The notes beneath the pieces are model-generated. The model made no database searches. It was not told the origin of the DNA and worked only from the letters and a program-made list of their open reading frames with translations. The position numbers were made by a program, and so were the translations under genes. A DNA stretch of 63,919 nt, filler included, from Piptocephalis cylindrospora (lineage: Eukaryota): the NCBI GenBank assembly GCA_003614145.1. It is 3 parts of 3 records of this genome, joined end to end, with 100 filler letters (N's around TTAATTAATTAA, not from the genome) between each part and the next. Parts side by side here need not be neighbours in the genome. Positions count along the whole stretch, not along the records: positions 1 to 22,217 come from KZ987800.1; positions 22,318 to 44,407 come from KZ987801.1; 1 more part is not named here. One strand, given 5' to 3'. Of this stretch, positions 11,580 through 23,535 are shown piece by piece; position 1 is the stretch's first letter, and each line of letters starts with the position of its first letter.

Positions 11580-14500
11580 ATGAGACCATCCATGCTTATC
11601 ACATATGCCAGCATTCTAATCTTGGCCGCCCTACATGAAAGTTACAATGCAATGCCTAGTAAGTTTCGGACTGGCTTCCACGAGTTCCACATGCAGCTGC
11701 AATGAAATGTATCCGCAAGCATAGATTTAGACTTACAGATACACCTTTTCTATTTGATGTAGTTGGGGTCAATTCCCGTACGGCCCTATATGCATCTCCG
11801 ATCGTATCATCGTCTTCCACCGTAAGGGTAAACAGTAAGTTGTGATGAAGAGGGTGGTTGCTCATCAAGCATCGTGGATGGGGGAAGAGAGAAAAAGAAA
11901 TTCTCTCATATGGAATGGGTGACCCATCCCATCTATTGATGAGGGCATTACAGTCTGATCTGTTTGTGTAAACAGTCGTTTGGCTAAAGTCACTCATATC
12001 GACCTCCACTCAACCCATCCTACCATCTTGCATGTTGCTTCCAAAAAAAATCACTTTTTATATGACCTCACATAGCTGCAACGGTATGTCTCGAGTGTTT
12101 CTTTGCGCTTCGATGGCAATGGCGCAAATCGTCACTTTATAGCTCATGCGCCCCTTTCTTCTATCCCTTTTTTTAGAAACTCGGTAGTAATCCTTTAGGT
12201 ATGTATAATTTGACGATCGGCTCATTCCCTTCCCCTCCTCGAATTTTTGTATTTATTATTACACGCTTCTCATTACTCTTCATCTATCACCAAACTCTTC
12301 TTACCCATTCTAGCCGCGCAAAAGGCTCTTCAGAAAGTTCAAGGGAGGAACAATGGTGGGGAAGCTCCACAGCCTGTCAAGGTAAACTACTATTTCAGGC
12401 CCTTTCTTAATGGATGGCCATGGAGTGTGAGCAATGCTCCTCCCCAAACAAGATGACCAATCTATATCCCTGTTGCATTGGGAGAACTCTTGTTTCTACT
12501 CATAGCATCTACACTCTGATGCATATGCTCACCATTCCTTCCTATCTGTATTGCCTCCATGAGTAGAAAGCTAAAGCGTCAATAACTCCTAACGAAAGAT
12601 CAGCGGTTGCTTTAAATCAAAAGAAACCGGTGGCCTCTCTTAACGAAGAGCCCGCTCTCACCCCTAAGCAGCAGGTAAGGAGTATCCAGAAGACACAGGG
12701 CATGATGCAAAAACATTCTCTCTCAATCTTTGTCAAGTCCATGTGTGACACCTATTCTTCTCCTCGCTCACCATCCCTTCAATGGTGTATCTATTAGGCC
12801 GAGGTGAATCAGGTTCAAAGTGTAGGTTATCTATCCATTGGTTTTTGACGAACAGTTTCTTGCCCATCAACTCATTCAGTTTCCTCTCCTTTCCTCACTA
12901 TTTCTTTTTTTCTTAGTCCTACAAAAACCTCGAAGGTATCCTTGAATCATTGCAGGTAAGTGCTGTATCATGGGGAAGGCCTTTTGCTTCTTGTTGCGCT
13001 TCTAATTCTCGTGAGGTTCGTTTCTCTTTATCATTAAATCTCTGTATCATCTGTTGGTGTTGGTTAGAGAGTCGATAAGCAAAGCGGCATGATAACAACC
13101 AAGAGCGGCGCCCAGATGCCGGTAAGCTTGTTTTTCTTTGAGGGAAAGGAAAAGTACATGCTATCCCCTCATCTCTCCTCCCACCCTTTTCTCATCATCT
13201 ACACCAGGCCCTACAGGGAGATTCCTATGCTGTCACCGTGAGTTAGATGTAACTGGGAGTACTGGGATATTATACTCTGCCCCACTCTTTGCCATAGATA
13301 GCCTAGTGCTGAATCCTCTGCTAAAAATCCTTCCCATTTCTTGACTCCTAGAATTTCCGTCAGGTTTGGGATAATGTAGTATCCTTGCAGGAACGCGGTA
13401 TTTACTCCAAGGTAGGCTTAAACTCTATCATCTTTTCTCCGCAGGGGCTTCTAAAGGATGTAGAGGCTTTTAGTGAATCAAAGATAGCCCCCGATCGGCT
13501 AGAGAAGGTATTACATGAATATTCAGATCGTCTAACGCGCCCTTTCTATTATTTTAGGAGCTTGACGGCGTTACTGCTCAGCTGGAGATGTTTCCTACCC
13601 GAATGTCCATGATCAAGGTATGAGGTTCATGGAGAGAAGTGTAGCTTTCACATTGAAATGAGAGTGAGGAAAGGATCTCTCTTATCATAGGGTCTTGAGA
13701 GCTTTTTACCTCCGTCATTCTATTGATCTCTTTTATTCTGAGCTTACTTAATTATCTCATAACGTGATAGTCTGGAAAGCCTGCAAATTCCCCTTCCTTG
13801 TCCAATACTGTTCGTGCAGATGAGGTAAGAGTGCAGCATTAAACTTCCCGAACCAATTGGCTGAGGAGGCATCTTGTCTATGTTAATGAGCTAGGTGGAG
13901 GTTGATCCACCTAGTTTACGATCCTTTACACACGTGACTTCTCTTTTTAACATATACACTTCTCATATCCCATTAGCTCCGCAAGCCTGAGTTCGTCAAG
14001 GGTGAGGTAAACCGACTTGAAATGGTAAATAGCTTTTCGTGGACGATATGCGGATGACCAAGATTGAGTAGACAAAGTTCAATGACTTACCTTACCTTGG
14101 GACATCATTAACTTGCGTAGGAAATGGATGATATGATCAATCGCGCCAAGTTCCAATTGGTAAGTCATGGACGGCATGCATCCTGGGCTTTTCGTTTCTT
14201 ACAGTGGGTATATACTACTCGGGAATGATAATGATTACTGAGGACGCATCGTGGAGTGCTTTACTTTTAATGCCAAATTCTCATCACCCTCTTTTGGCTC
14301 ACATCTCTTTAGGCCTTTCGTAGAGAATTTAGCGAGGTAAGTACCTTGTAGTGAAGGATGAAGTGTTACTACATTCATAACCCCTACTTGAAACCAATTT
14401 CTCCGGCTATGCCTTGGATGTGTAGGATTCCTCCAGCGATGTATATTTCTACAAATGGGTAAGTAAAAAATACTCCATGTATTATTGTCACTGAAAGCCT

Positions 14501-15060
14501 TTAACACCAGATTTCCTCCTTTTCTGATCCTAGCAAAACGATCTGGTGTTGAATGATGTCAAGCAACTCTCCAAGGTCTTTCCTGTCAAGACTGTCAGTA
14601 TAATTTTTTCCTTTGATTTTTTGCGTAATTAGAGGCACTAAAAGGCGCCTGGAACCCTAAAGGCAACAAAATATGCATTGGTACTCGACTCACCCATCCT
14701 ACCTGCCCTTTATATCCTCGGACTGCTTATCTCGTATCCCAATAGAGGTTCCAACAAGCTTATGAAGATAAGCTGCAGGCCTTTGACAATTGGCTTACCA
14801 ATCCTACCGACGTCGGAGGCAAGGTGAAGCCCTTTCAAGCCCCTACCTTTGACCGTGCCAAGGTAGGTGCTGCCTATGATGGGTTGGGGTGTTCAATCAT
14901 GTGAATGCCATAAAGTGCGCTGGCTCGAGATAGGATGGATTCTGTGTTTACAGGGGCCTTGCACAGAAATCCTAGCCCCTTACTAAATTTGTATGATACG
15001 GGCTAATTACTTTTCCTACAGGCTGAAACTGAACTGGACCAAATCCTTTCCAAGCCCTAG
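11580..15060 (+). CDS. Micro-exon-type secreted protein A (about 339 aa, 20 exons)
   Basis: Exons: 11580-11658, 11763-11834, 12076-12083, 12177-12198, 12314-12381, 12567-12674, 12798-12821, 12917-12955, 13068-13121, 13208-13237, 13352-13411, 13558-13617, 13771-13824, 13977-14006, 14121-14159, 14313-14336, 14426-14458, 14534-14593, 14746-14862, 15022-15060. All introns are GT-AG and the exons join into one stop-free ORF starting with signal peptide MRPSMLITYASILILAALHESYNA. Confidence 0.82.
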
Positions 15061-17902
15061 AAGCCTAGCTTTTTGTAAGTTTACGCTGATGCTCTGTAAA
15101 TCTTTTGATGGTGATGTACTTTCGGCAATGGCCATGCCATACTTCCCCAGCGCTCAACAACACCCTCTGTTTTTGGTTCCCTTGGTGGTTTAAGGTTAGG
15201 TGGTTACCTACTCTGACCTATATAGGATAGGGTGGAGATAAAGCGCATGCGCTATCTATTTTGAATGCAGGATGATATCACTGTGATATCTATTGCCGCG
15301 AGCCCTTGCCTTTACGGGAGATTACAGTCAACACTTTTCTAGAACCGGGATGGCCTTTTCCTTCCTTTTCCCTAAGGATATTTTTGCTCTATGAAACTGA
15401 AATAGAACCATACTCGTGTTTCCTGAATGTACATCCTTCCCCATCTTGGCACCCATTTTTAGCCATTCTTTTCAGGTGGATCCTCAAATATTTACTCTAG
15501 AAAAATGCACCATTTCTGATCCTTCTATTACTTGATGAATGGTCTTGATTTGATGGAATAAAGTCGGTACAAATTGAATGGCTATCTAAAAGAATAGCAT
15601 ATTCTCGTGATGGTGTCCGGCGCTGTCAAACAGCACTACAAGCGTCGAATGCAATGATTGCCACTTTGAATCTGAGTACCTTAACCAACCAGCCATTTAT
15701 TTGGTTAATACAGCTCTGTTGTGCACAGATACAATCGTATCGTCCTAAGTGAGTATTATGCTGATTTGAGATGAATTTGTGTAGCTGAAAAGCCCCTGAT
15801 AAGATGCATATAGCCAACATTATTGAATTTCCCTTTAGGCGTTAGGCATAATACTGACTGTGGGGCCATCGACTCGATAGGAGCCAAGGTCCACTGGAAT
15901 TTTCGTCTTCCTAATAATACACCAGAGTAGACATGTAAAAGGAGAAATAGGCAGGAGAGACCTTTATTCCACAGCCGTAACCTCTCTTCACACCAACACA
16001 CACACCACCTATCCCAGAGTTTGGTATCAGTCTAGTACCGGTCTCCATAGGGGCGACCAAAGGTCATCACGCTGATAATCATTTACATTGATGGCGGGTA
16101 TTTATGATTTTGACATATAGGGTGTTGCCAGTGACTCTGAATAGGGACGGATGATGGTGGGCAAGGGTACACGGAACGTCTCGGATTAGAGATACATAAA
16201 AGGGGAGAATGAGTGAAAGGGAAGGAATACGGCCTTAGCTGGGTGAACGCTGCTCTTCTTGACTCAATACACACATCAGAATAGTGCGATCCTATGGGTC
16301 CGAACATTGATTATAGTCTTACTGAGAGTATTTGATTCGCTAACTATTCACCTTGGACTCTCGTCTGGATTGGACTTGGGCCAGCCTTTCGACATTGGGC
16401 GCTTGGGGGTATATCTACTTTTTTCTTGGGTGTTGTTGAGCGCGTCTAAGGGGTGATACATCACGTTTTTCATCTAGACTGTATACCCTTCCTTCCTCTC
16501 TTCCCCAATCAAACTTTAGGGTCTGCTCCATTCCCACACCTTGACTAGATGAGTAAGCCTTGACTCCGCATTTAACATACCCTGAATGGGTGAATGGGCA
16601 GGCTGGATCATACTCAGCGCATACTTGGTTCACCTCGCCCTTTCTGCAATATTCGTCAGGATTAGATGTTCAGCTGGTGTCTCCGCCTGTTTTATGTCTC
16701 TCCAGCTGCTGCTACCGCAGGGTTTGGACCTAGCCAACCAGGTTGGGCGAGTCAATTCAAGCTATAATAATTACACTAAGGAGACCCAGAAGCGCCAAGC
16801 AACTGTTTGGCCCCATGTCATCTTGTAGAACATTACACCAGACTTTAAAGGAAAGGGATTCAGTTATATGCATTGCACCTCCAAGGTATGAAGTTCACTT
16901 CATTCTGCGTACGCATTGTTTCCCTTTTTAAAGGTAGTGTTAAGCATCTAAAGACAATGCATTCTATCAGACAGCAAGTTATGACTAGCCAATCACACTA
17001 ATAGGTCACATGGGCTAGAGGTACCATCAGAGGTCACAGACGTGTATAATTTTCAACCGCTACGCGCTACTCTGCCTTCACACCTGTCAGTGTTTAACTC
17101 CGCTCGTATACGGGGCCACAATGTTACGGGAAATCAGATAGACTTTGATTTATCCCTTCTCATACTCTGAGTAAATGGGCGGACTTTGATTCCGTTTAGC
17201 AGTACTTATTCAACTCCGATGGTTCAAGGTGCGCTCGAGTAGCTCCACCGCACCATTCATTTATTCACACTGCTCGTTTGAGCATCCTCTCACCGCCATT
17301 CTATGAGTGGGAATATATGTCTATCATTTCTAGCTAGCGTATAAAGGCTGTAGTACCACTCCAACCGACTACTTTCTATCCCTTTTTCTCTCCTTCTCCC
17401 CTTTTCTCCCTTCTCCCCTCTTCTCCCTTTCCTTCTCTCTCTCCCACTCTTCCCTTCCCTTCCTCTCTCTCTAAAAAGCCAAGACTGCCTGGCGCAGCCA
17501 TTCCCTGCTTTCCATTTTTCAATCTTCTCTCTCTCTCCTTCTCTTGCGTCCGTTGCGCTCCCACTCCCAATCTCATTTTCTCTGGGACAAGTTGATCTCC
17601 AATCCAATCATCTTCCCTTCACTCTCCCTTTCTCCCCCTCGCTCCTTCTCTTCACCTTCCTTTTCTCACCTTCCCCTCCTCTCCCTCTATACACTTCGTT
17701 CTCGCTCCTTCCCTTTTCTTCTCCCTGGCTACAAACACGAGTTGACCTCTTGTTCATCGCCAACCTATTCCATCATCCTTCCACCCGTTCCTCTCCCACG
17801 CTCAAGTCTTTGAAATCCCTCTTTCACAACTCACTTCGATTCCGTGTCCCCCCCCCGCCTTCTTTGTCCTTTCTTTCACTTTCGACAAATCAGCCCATCT
17901 CC

Positions 17903-20900
17903 ATGAAACTTTTTTCATTTCTCCTTACTGCTGCTTTCCTTGGTCTCGTCATTGACCATGGAGTGGACGCAGCCCCACCTGGCAGAACTGGTAGGTTTCT
18001 TACTTTGCTTGCTGCTATCCCGTCCCTGGTTACGGCCTTTCATGAGTACGGTTGGATTACAGCTGGCTAACGATCCTTTTATTACACTAGTACTGTTTAC
18101 ATCACCCCCACGTGGTTCAGTGATCAAATCGCCTCGTAGTTCTGAAGCAAGTTCCACAAATTATAACAGAGGTATGCAGATGAGAGGGTACGGGCAGGCT
18201 TTTGATGGATTATTTGATCCTTCATAGTCGTGCTAACCACCCATCTCCTTCTTACCTATATTTTCTATGCCTTCATCATTTTATTCTTTTACCGTTGTAC
18301 AGCGCCTGAAATTGTAAGTGGATTTCTTTAATTCCTTTTTTTCCCTTACAGGAAAAATTTCCTTCCTCCAACCATTACCATACACTCATTGTCTTATCAC
18401 CTTATTGTCGCGTCACTCGATCAACCAGCAACCTGTTGTCCTTCGTAAGTATGACTGAGAGCCATACCCCTGAAATAGAAGGTGTTCGTAATACTCCATG
18501 GTTTACGGTCACGGTCTGTAATGACAATGCATCCTATATAGATAATCAGCGCAACTCCAGGACCGTAAATGGAGAGCACTCATCCGAGAGCCCCAACGTA
18601 AGGATTCTATGCTTTCTTTGAAACGGAGGTGCCAGAGAAAAGTCTCTTTCATAGGTCGTCAGCTCATTATCGTATTCATCCACCTACCACTCTTTTAACC
18701 TATTAACCATGGCTGGGTGGGATTTTTATGGTATTACTATTAGGGCGCATCGATCAGGAAATCGTCCAGTAAAGTCGTTGGCGTCGGTCACACTGGTACA
18801 ACGACCACTACCGTTAAGGTATAGCAAAGAGAGTGGAGATGTAAACTCTCTTGAGACACTCGCAATTATTTCAACTGACTAACTCTTCGAATCGTCCTTG
18901 GACAGAGTGCTTCTTTGAAAGAAACGGAAAAGGTAAGGATCAAGTAAATTAGAACCGGAGCGATTGTCCCTATGGAAAGCTCAGTTCGGGATCCTCTAAG
19001 ATGGATTATAGCGCTAAAAAAAAAGGGACTCACGCTATTGAGCATTATCTAGGTCCTTGAAACGTTGGAGGGCTGGTTTGTTCATTACAAGGTAGGCCAT
19101 TATATATATTTACTTCGGGTCTCTAAATACGGATACTTTATGGCAAAAAGCACTAAAAACTATTATTCCTTACAATCAGAGTCTTCCGAGGGAAACTAGG
19201 ATGGTATGAGTACTGCGTAACTGGCTACTGCATCAAAAATCAGCTATTTCTGTTGAAATGCGCCTACTAAGTTCGCTGGTGTTTATCTATTTGGGCTTTT
19301 TTACTAGGCACATTACGCTACAATCCTAAAGGCAACCGATAAGGTAAGCATGATCTATGGGGTAGAGGAAAATCAAATTTTAAACGCTAGGCTGAACCTA
19401 TCTACTTTGTTTATATTATGATGTCATACCTCACCTATGTCATCATCACTAAAACTTTTCCATATCCATTTATAGTATACCTTTGAGGCGTGGAAATCTC
19501 TTTCTAAATCTTCCAATGCGGAAATTCCAGATAATGTAAGTGCCATTGAGTTGATTATTTTTTCGTTCTACCCTGAAATACCCCTTATTCGCGTGGTGGC
19601 TGCATGAATGCAAATTTTTTGCCTTCCCCTACTGATTCTTAGCATTAACCGTTACTTTTAAATTATGCTCAGGAATTAAGCACGTTAAAGGCCAGAATGA
19701 TCGATGCCGAATGGAAGGCCACCATTATCAGGGTAAGTTGTCGATTGAATGTGCGGTTGTGGTATTAGAGAACAGTAGGAAATTATCCTTGGGATATCTG
19801 GATAATGCCTTTTGAGTTCTTCGGGCCTTCTCTAGTCGATTTTAATCTTGCTTGCGTACACTTTCCTCGTCGAGGTCGAAAAAATAATCTTTTCTTATCC
19901 CTTCTTTATTAATTCTTTGCCCTTTTTGTAGTCTGAGATGCACGATCCAAATTCGATTAGATCGAGGTGGCTCGAGGCTCCAAGTGATAAGGATGTAAGA
20001 TAAGCGAGTGGGATGTTTCTTTTTACAAACCCATAGGATTTATGGACGGGTTTAGATGGGCATTTATTTTCCTTGATGGCTAGTCATCGAGAAATAATCC
20101 GCCATTTAGCACAACTCTTTGTGACTCTCTGTGGTGAATAAAGGCCCATGTGGGTAGGAGTTCGTTAACCCCTCAATCTCCTCCTTTTTAGCTAGAATAC
20201 CCTGTTGTTGCTCGTACAGAAATAAGCCGCATTGAGGGGGTAAGATCAATCTTTATCGCGAGCGTTTTAGTGAATGGATTGGTTGCATATTTCTCATCTC
20301 TTTCCCTTTTATATGTACTCCTTCCGTTTCTTTGCTGCCACGCGTATCCACATATTCTGCTATCTTTAGGATATCAAATCAATCCCGGGTGACTTTCTGC
20401 ATAATTCTGATGTAAGGTTTCGTCAGTATTTGCACGCGCTTGTTCTAACGTGAAATCATCTAATTTGCGGATTTGTAACTCATACTGACTTTTCACATAT
20501 ATACTTCCTTTATCCCAATCATAGAAAATATTCACACCAGAAGATGTATGTTATTCAGGTTACGAGTTCAGCCTGTTTTCTCTTAGTTTCCTTTCTAAAT
20601 AATCATCTCTCTACTTTCATCGGGGTAAATTCAGGTTCCATACATCTACAGCTATCTGGAATGGGTAAGATTTTGCTTTTTCTTGAGGAGAAAGGAAAAT
20701 TGAAGCGTTATATGCACTGATTTGTTCTTCTTGAAAATATGCCTTGTGCACTTATTCTAGAGAACGAAACAGGTATCGAGTGACATTCAACGTTTCGGAA
20801 GAGCCACGGCTAACGATGAGGCCGCGCAAATGGTACGTGTTATTATTGGTTGATAAGCGCCGTTATAGGACGCTTGATAAACAACCAAATTAATTGTCTC

Positions 20901-22160
20901 TCGATGCCACATTCATTGATTTCAATCTGACATTTTCTACCGTTCCCAACTTCTTTCTTTCCTATTGAATTATATTTCTGCAATAGTGGGTAAAGAAATG
21001 GAATACTGATCTGAATCAGTGGGAATTTTGGTTTAGTCGCCTTAAGCAGGGTCAAATGGGTCAACAGCCAAAAATTCCTTCCTTGGATATGCCTATCCGT
21101 AGTGGATCGTCTGAATTGGAAGCACCTTCTACATCAAAGGTACGTGACCATGTGAAAGTGCCTGTCCTAGTCGCTAAATATCCCTATGGTAACTCATTGT
21201 GGTACACTCTTTTTCGCTCATTTTCCTCCTTTCCCTCGCCATTATTTTGACTTTTGTTTCAAAATAAACCCCTGCGTTCTCGATAAAGGTAAGAGTTGAG
21301 ATGATGGGAGCGAGGGAAAATGGCGAAGAGGATGAGAGGATATAACATAAAAGTGATCTTTTTTACTTGTGCCTGAACTCACCATTAAATTATCTTGCTC
21401 ATTTAGCTTTTGAATGATTTCCGAGAAAGAGCTGATCGCTTAAACGTAAGTTCATCATGGACGGGAACTGGAGGCTAGCACATCTAAGCGTGTTTTGGAT
21501 TTAAATAACAATTTCCACTTCCTTTTGCCGCATGACGCCTTCTGCTCTCCCCGCAACTTCGGGCATCTTGATATTTTGTGCTGCAGGATAACCCTGAAGC
21601 TGCTTCCAAGGTTTGTACTAATTTCTGGACTTTGATTGGATTTTCTTCACATGGGCGTACTCTGAATATCTTATGGCCTCTAACCTGTGATCATCTTGAC
21701 TACATAGGATACGAAGGATCAACTTATCAAAGTAGTTTTTTTTATTGATCGGTAAAGGAAACAAGTAGGGTATAATATGTTAAACTAAACAGTACGGCCC
21801 CCTATTATCTATTTAGGAAATTGATGGATTCCGTAAAATTTCCACTGAGTATCTTTTGACCAAAGGCCTCTCAGCCAGCCCTGTAAGTTACCGAATGTCT
21901 TGTGACTTTAGCTTTTTGTTTGGCAACTTCTATAATGTGCTGGTGCTGGTTGGATGATTCCCCATCTACCTTCATTGCACCTGGTAGGAGATATTGCATC
22001 ATGATCTATACGAAGCGTAGTTGATGGCTTTCGTATCCGACTCATCCTTCTTAACTCCTTCCATTTACTCTTGACTTATCTCTGTCTCTCGCATATTATG
22101 CACTCTCTCGATTGGGGCAGGAAATTCAGGGCACTGTTGCTAAAGTTATCCGGGATTTGA
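17903..22160 (+). CDS. Micro-exon-type secreted protein B (about 407 aa, about 25 exons), paralog of A
   Basis: Exons: 17903-17990, 18091-18171, 18303-18313, 18429-18444, 18542-18597, 18744-18818, 18906-18932, 19053-19091, 19180-19203, 19308-19343, 19476-19535, 19673-19732, 19932-19994, 20192-20239, 20370-20411, 20525-20545, 20635-20664, 20761-20832, 20987-21139, 21407-21445, 21587-21610, 21708-21731, 21817-21882, 21988-22016, 22121-22160. Signal peptide MKLFSFLLTAAFLGLVIDHGVDA. The 3' end is ambiguous (stop at 22020, 22160 or 22189). Confidence 0.82.
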
Positions 22161-22217
22161 ATGGCATAAAGATCGATGGTCAGTGGTGATAAATAAGCCT
22201 CTAGGATCCAAAAGTAT

Positions 22218-22317
22218 NNNNNNNNNNNNNNNNNNNNNNNNNNNNNNNNNNNNNNNNNNNNTTAATTAATTAANNNNNNNNNNNNNNNNNNNNNNNNNNN
22301 NNNNNNNNNNNNNNNNN
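22218..22317. other. Assembly gap with artificial six-frame-stop linker
   Basis: 44 N + TTAATTAATTAA + 44 N. Confidence 0.97.
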
Positions 22318-23535
22318 CCCTGAAACTGGCGGGTCGACAAAAACTCCTCCACGAGCAGCTCCGGGCGATGGACCCAAGTATTGCATGTCTCCAAGAGGTG
22401 GACAATCTGAATAGCTGGATGGCCCTGTTTCGCGAGCTCCAATACGTTTATCTGTACTGCCAACACCCGTTGAAGCAGCATGGGTGCTGTATCATCTACA
22501 AGAAAAATCTATTTGACCTGTCTGGATACACTGAGGTTGACCTGGATGAAGAGGGATCCCTGGAGGGCTCGGATAGTCCCCCAGCGTCGGGATTTACCAA
22601 AACCATGGCGCAGGTCATAGCCCTTCGATGGAAGGAGCGACCGGAGCAAGGACTGGTCATTAGCAACCATCATCTTTTCTGGCCTCCGTTGGCCGCTTAT
22701 GAAAAGCTGAGGCAAACATGTGTCATCCTGGAAAAATGTGTTTCCATTGGTAGTTTGCGCCAATGGCCCATTCTAATGTGTGGAGGTAGGAAATACGGAT
22801 AAGTGTTTCGATCTGTACTGGATGAGAATAGGGCTTACTCAACTTCTTCAATTACCCTTGTACGAATAGATTTCAACTCGACCCCCAGATAGCGCAGTCT
22901 ACAGCTCCATGACTGGATCCCCTGTGGGAGAGGATGGACGGAAGGAGCTTGATATTATTCCAAAGTACTATTTCCCTCAAGGTAAGCACGCTAGTGAAAG
23001 TACTGCATCATTAGAACGAGAGGGGGTCCAACTAGAAAGCCTTTTGTATTTTCCCTACTCTTCCCGCTAATGTTGCATACCAACTACCTTCCTGGTAATG
23101 ATAAATTACTGGGGGATATTAGAAGGAGAGGATAGAGAGGCATTAATGGATGAGGAGGATAAGAAGAAGCTGAAACTCATTTCTCCCCAAGCCCTGTTGG
23201 ATCGAATGGCCTCCTTGCCCCGGGCGACTTCGGCGTACGGACGGTACGTGGAGATGGACCCAGCAGCTAGCAATGACTGGTCAGTGTCTGGAGAGCCTCG
23301 GTGGACCAATTATACCGAATGGAAGGGTACCTTAGATTACATATTCCAGGTAGAAAACGAAAATGCCAAATCCCTTGTACTTGAAAGTGTCCTTCAACTC
23401 CCCACGGAGGACATTATGCGCCCTGGACTTCCGAATGATCAGTGGGGTAGTGATCATTTATGTTTGATGGCACGGTATGCCATGGACGATGAAAATGGGC
23501 AGCGAGGGGGAGAAGAGGATGTAAATGGGGTATAA
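22318..23535 (+). CDS. CCR4/nocturnin/Angel (NGL-like) EEP-family nuclease, 5' truncated by the gap, one apparent frameshift
   Basis: Motifs IACLQEVD, HGCCIIYK, NHHLFW, spliced CGDFNSTP, TLDYIF and LPNDQWGSDHLCL. Confidence 0.88.

Noticed and set aside
11070..11705. 211-aa Ser/Pro-rich ORF (and the similar 17750-18070 ORF)
   Set aside because: Read-through of the CT-rich leader into exon 1 and intron 1 of the micro-exon genes; the real starts are ATG 11580 and 17903.
14205..14207. Possible 3-nt exon TGG (cttacag-TGG-gtatat) in gene A
   Set aside because: Weak donor, a preceding intron of only ~45 nt and no support from paralog B; cannot be supported without RNA data.
15300..17300. Spacer between genes A and B as a third gene or transposon
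   Set aside because: Only short ORFs with no recognisable motif, and I could not build a consistent exon chain on either strand.
22262..22273. Palindromic TTAATTAATTAA between N runs (also 44452-44463)
   Set aside because: Identical in both gaps and encodes stops in all six frames, so it is an artificial scaffolding linker.
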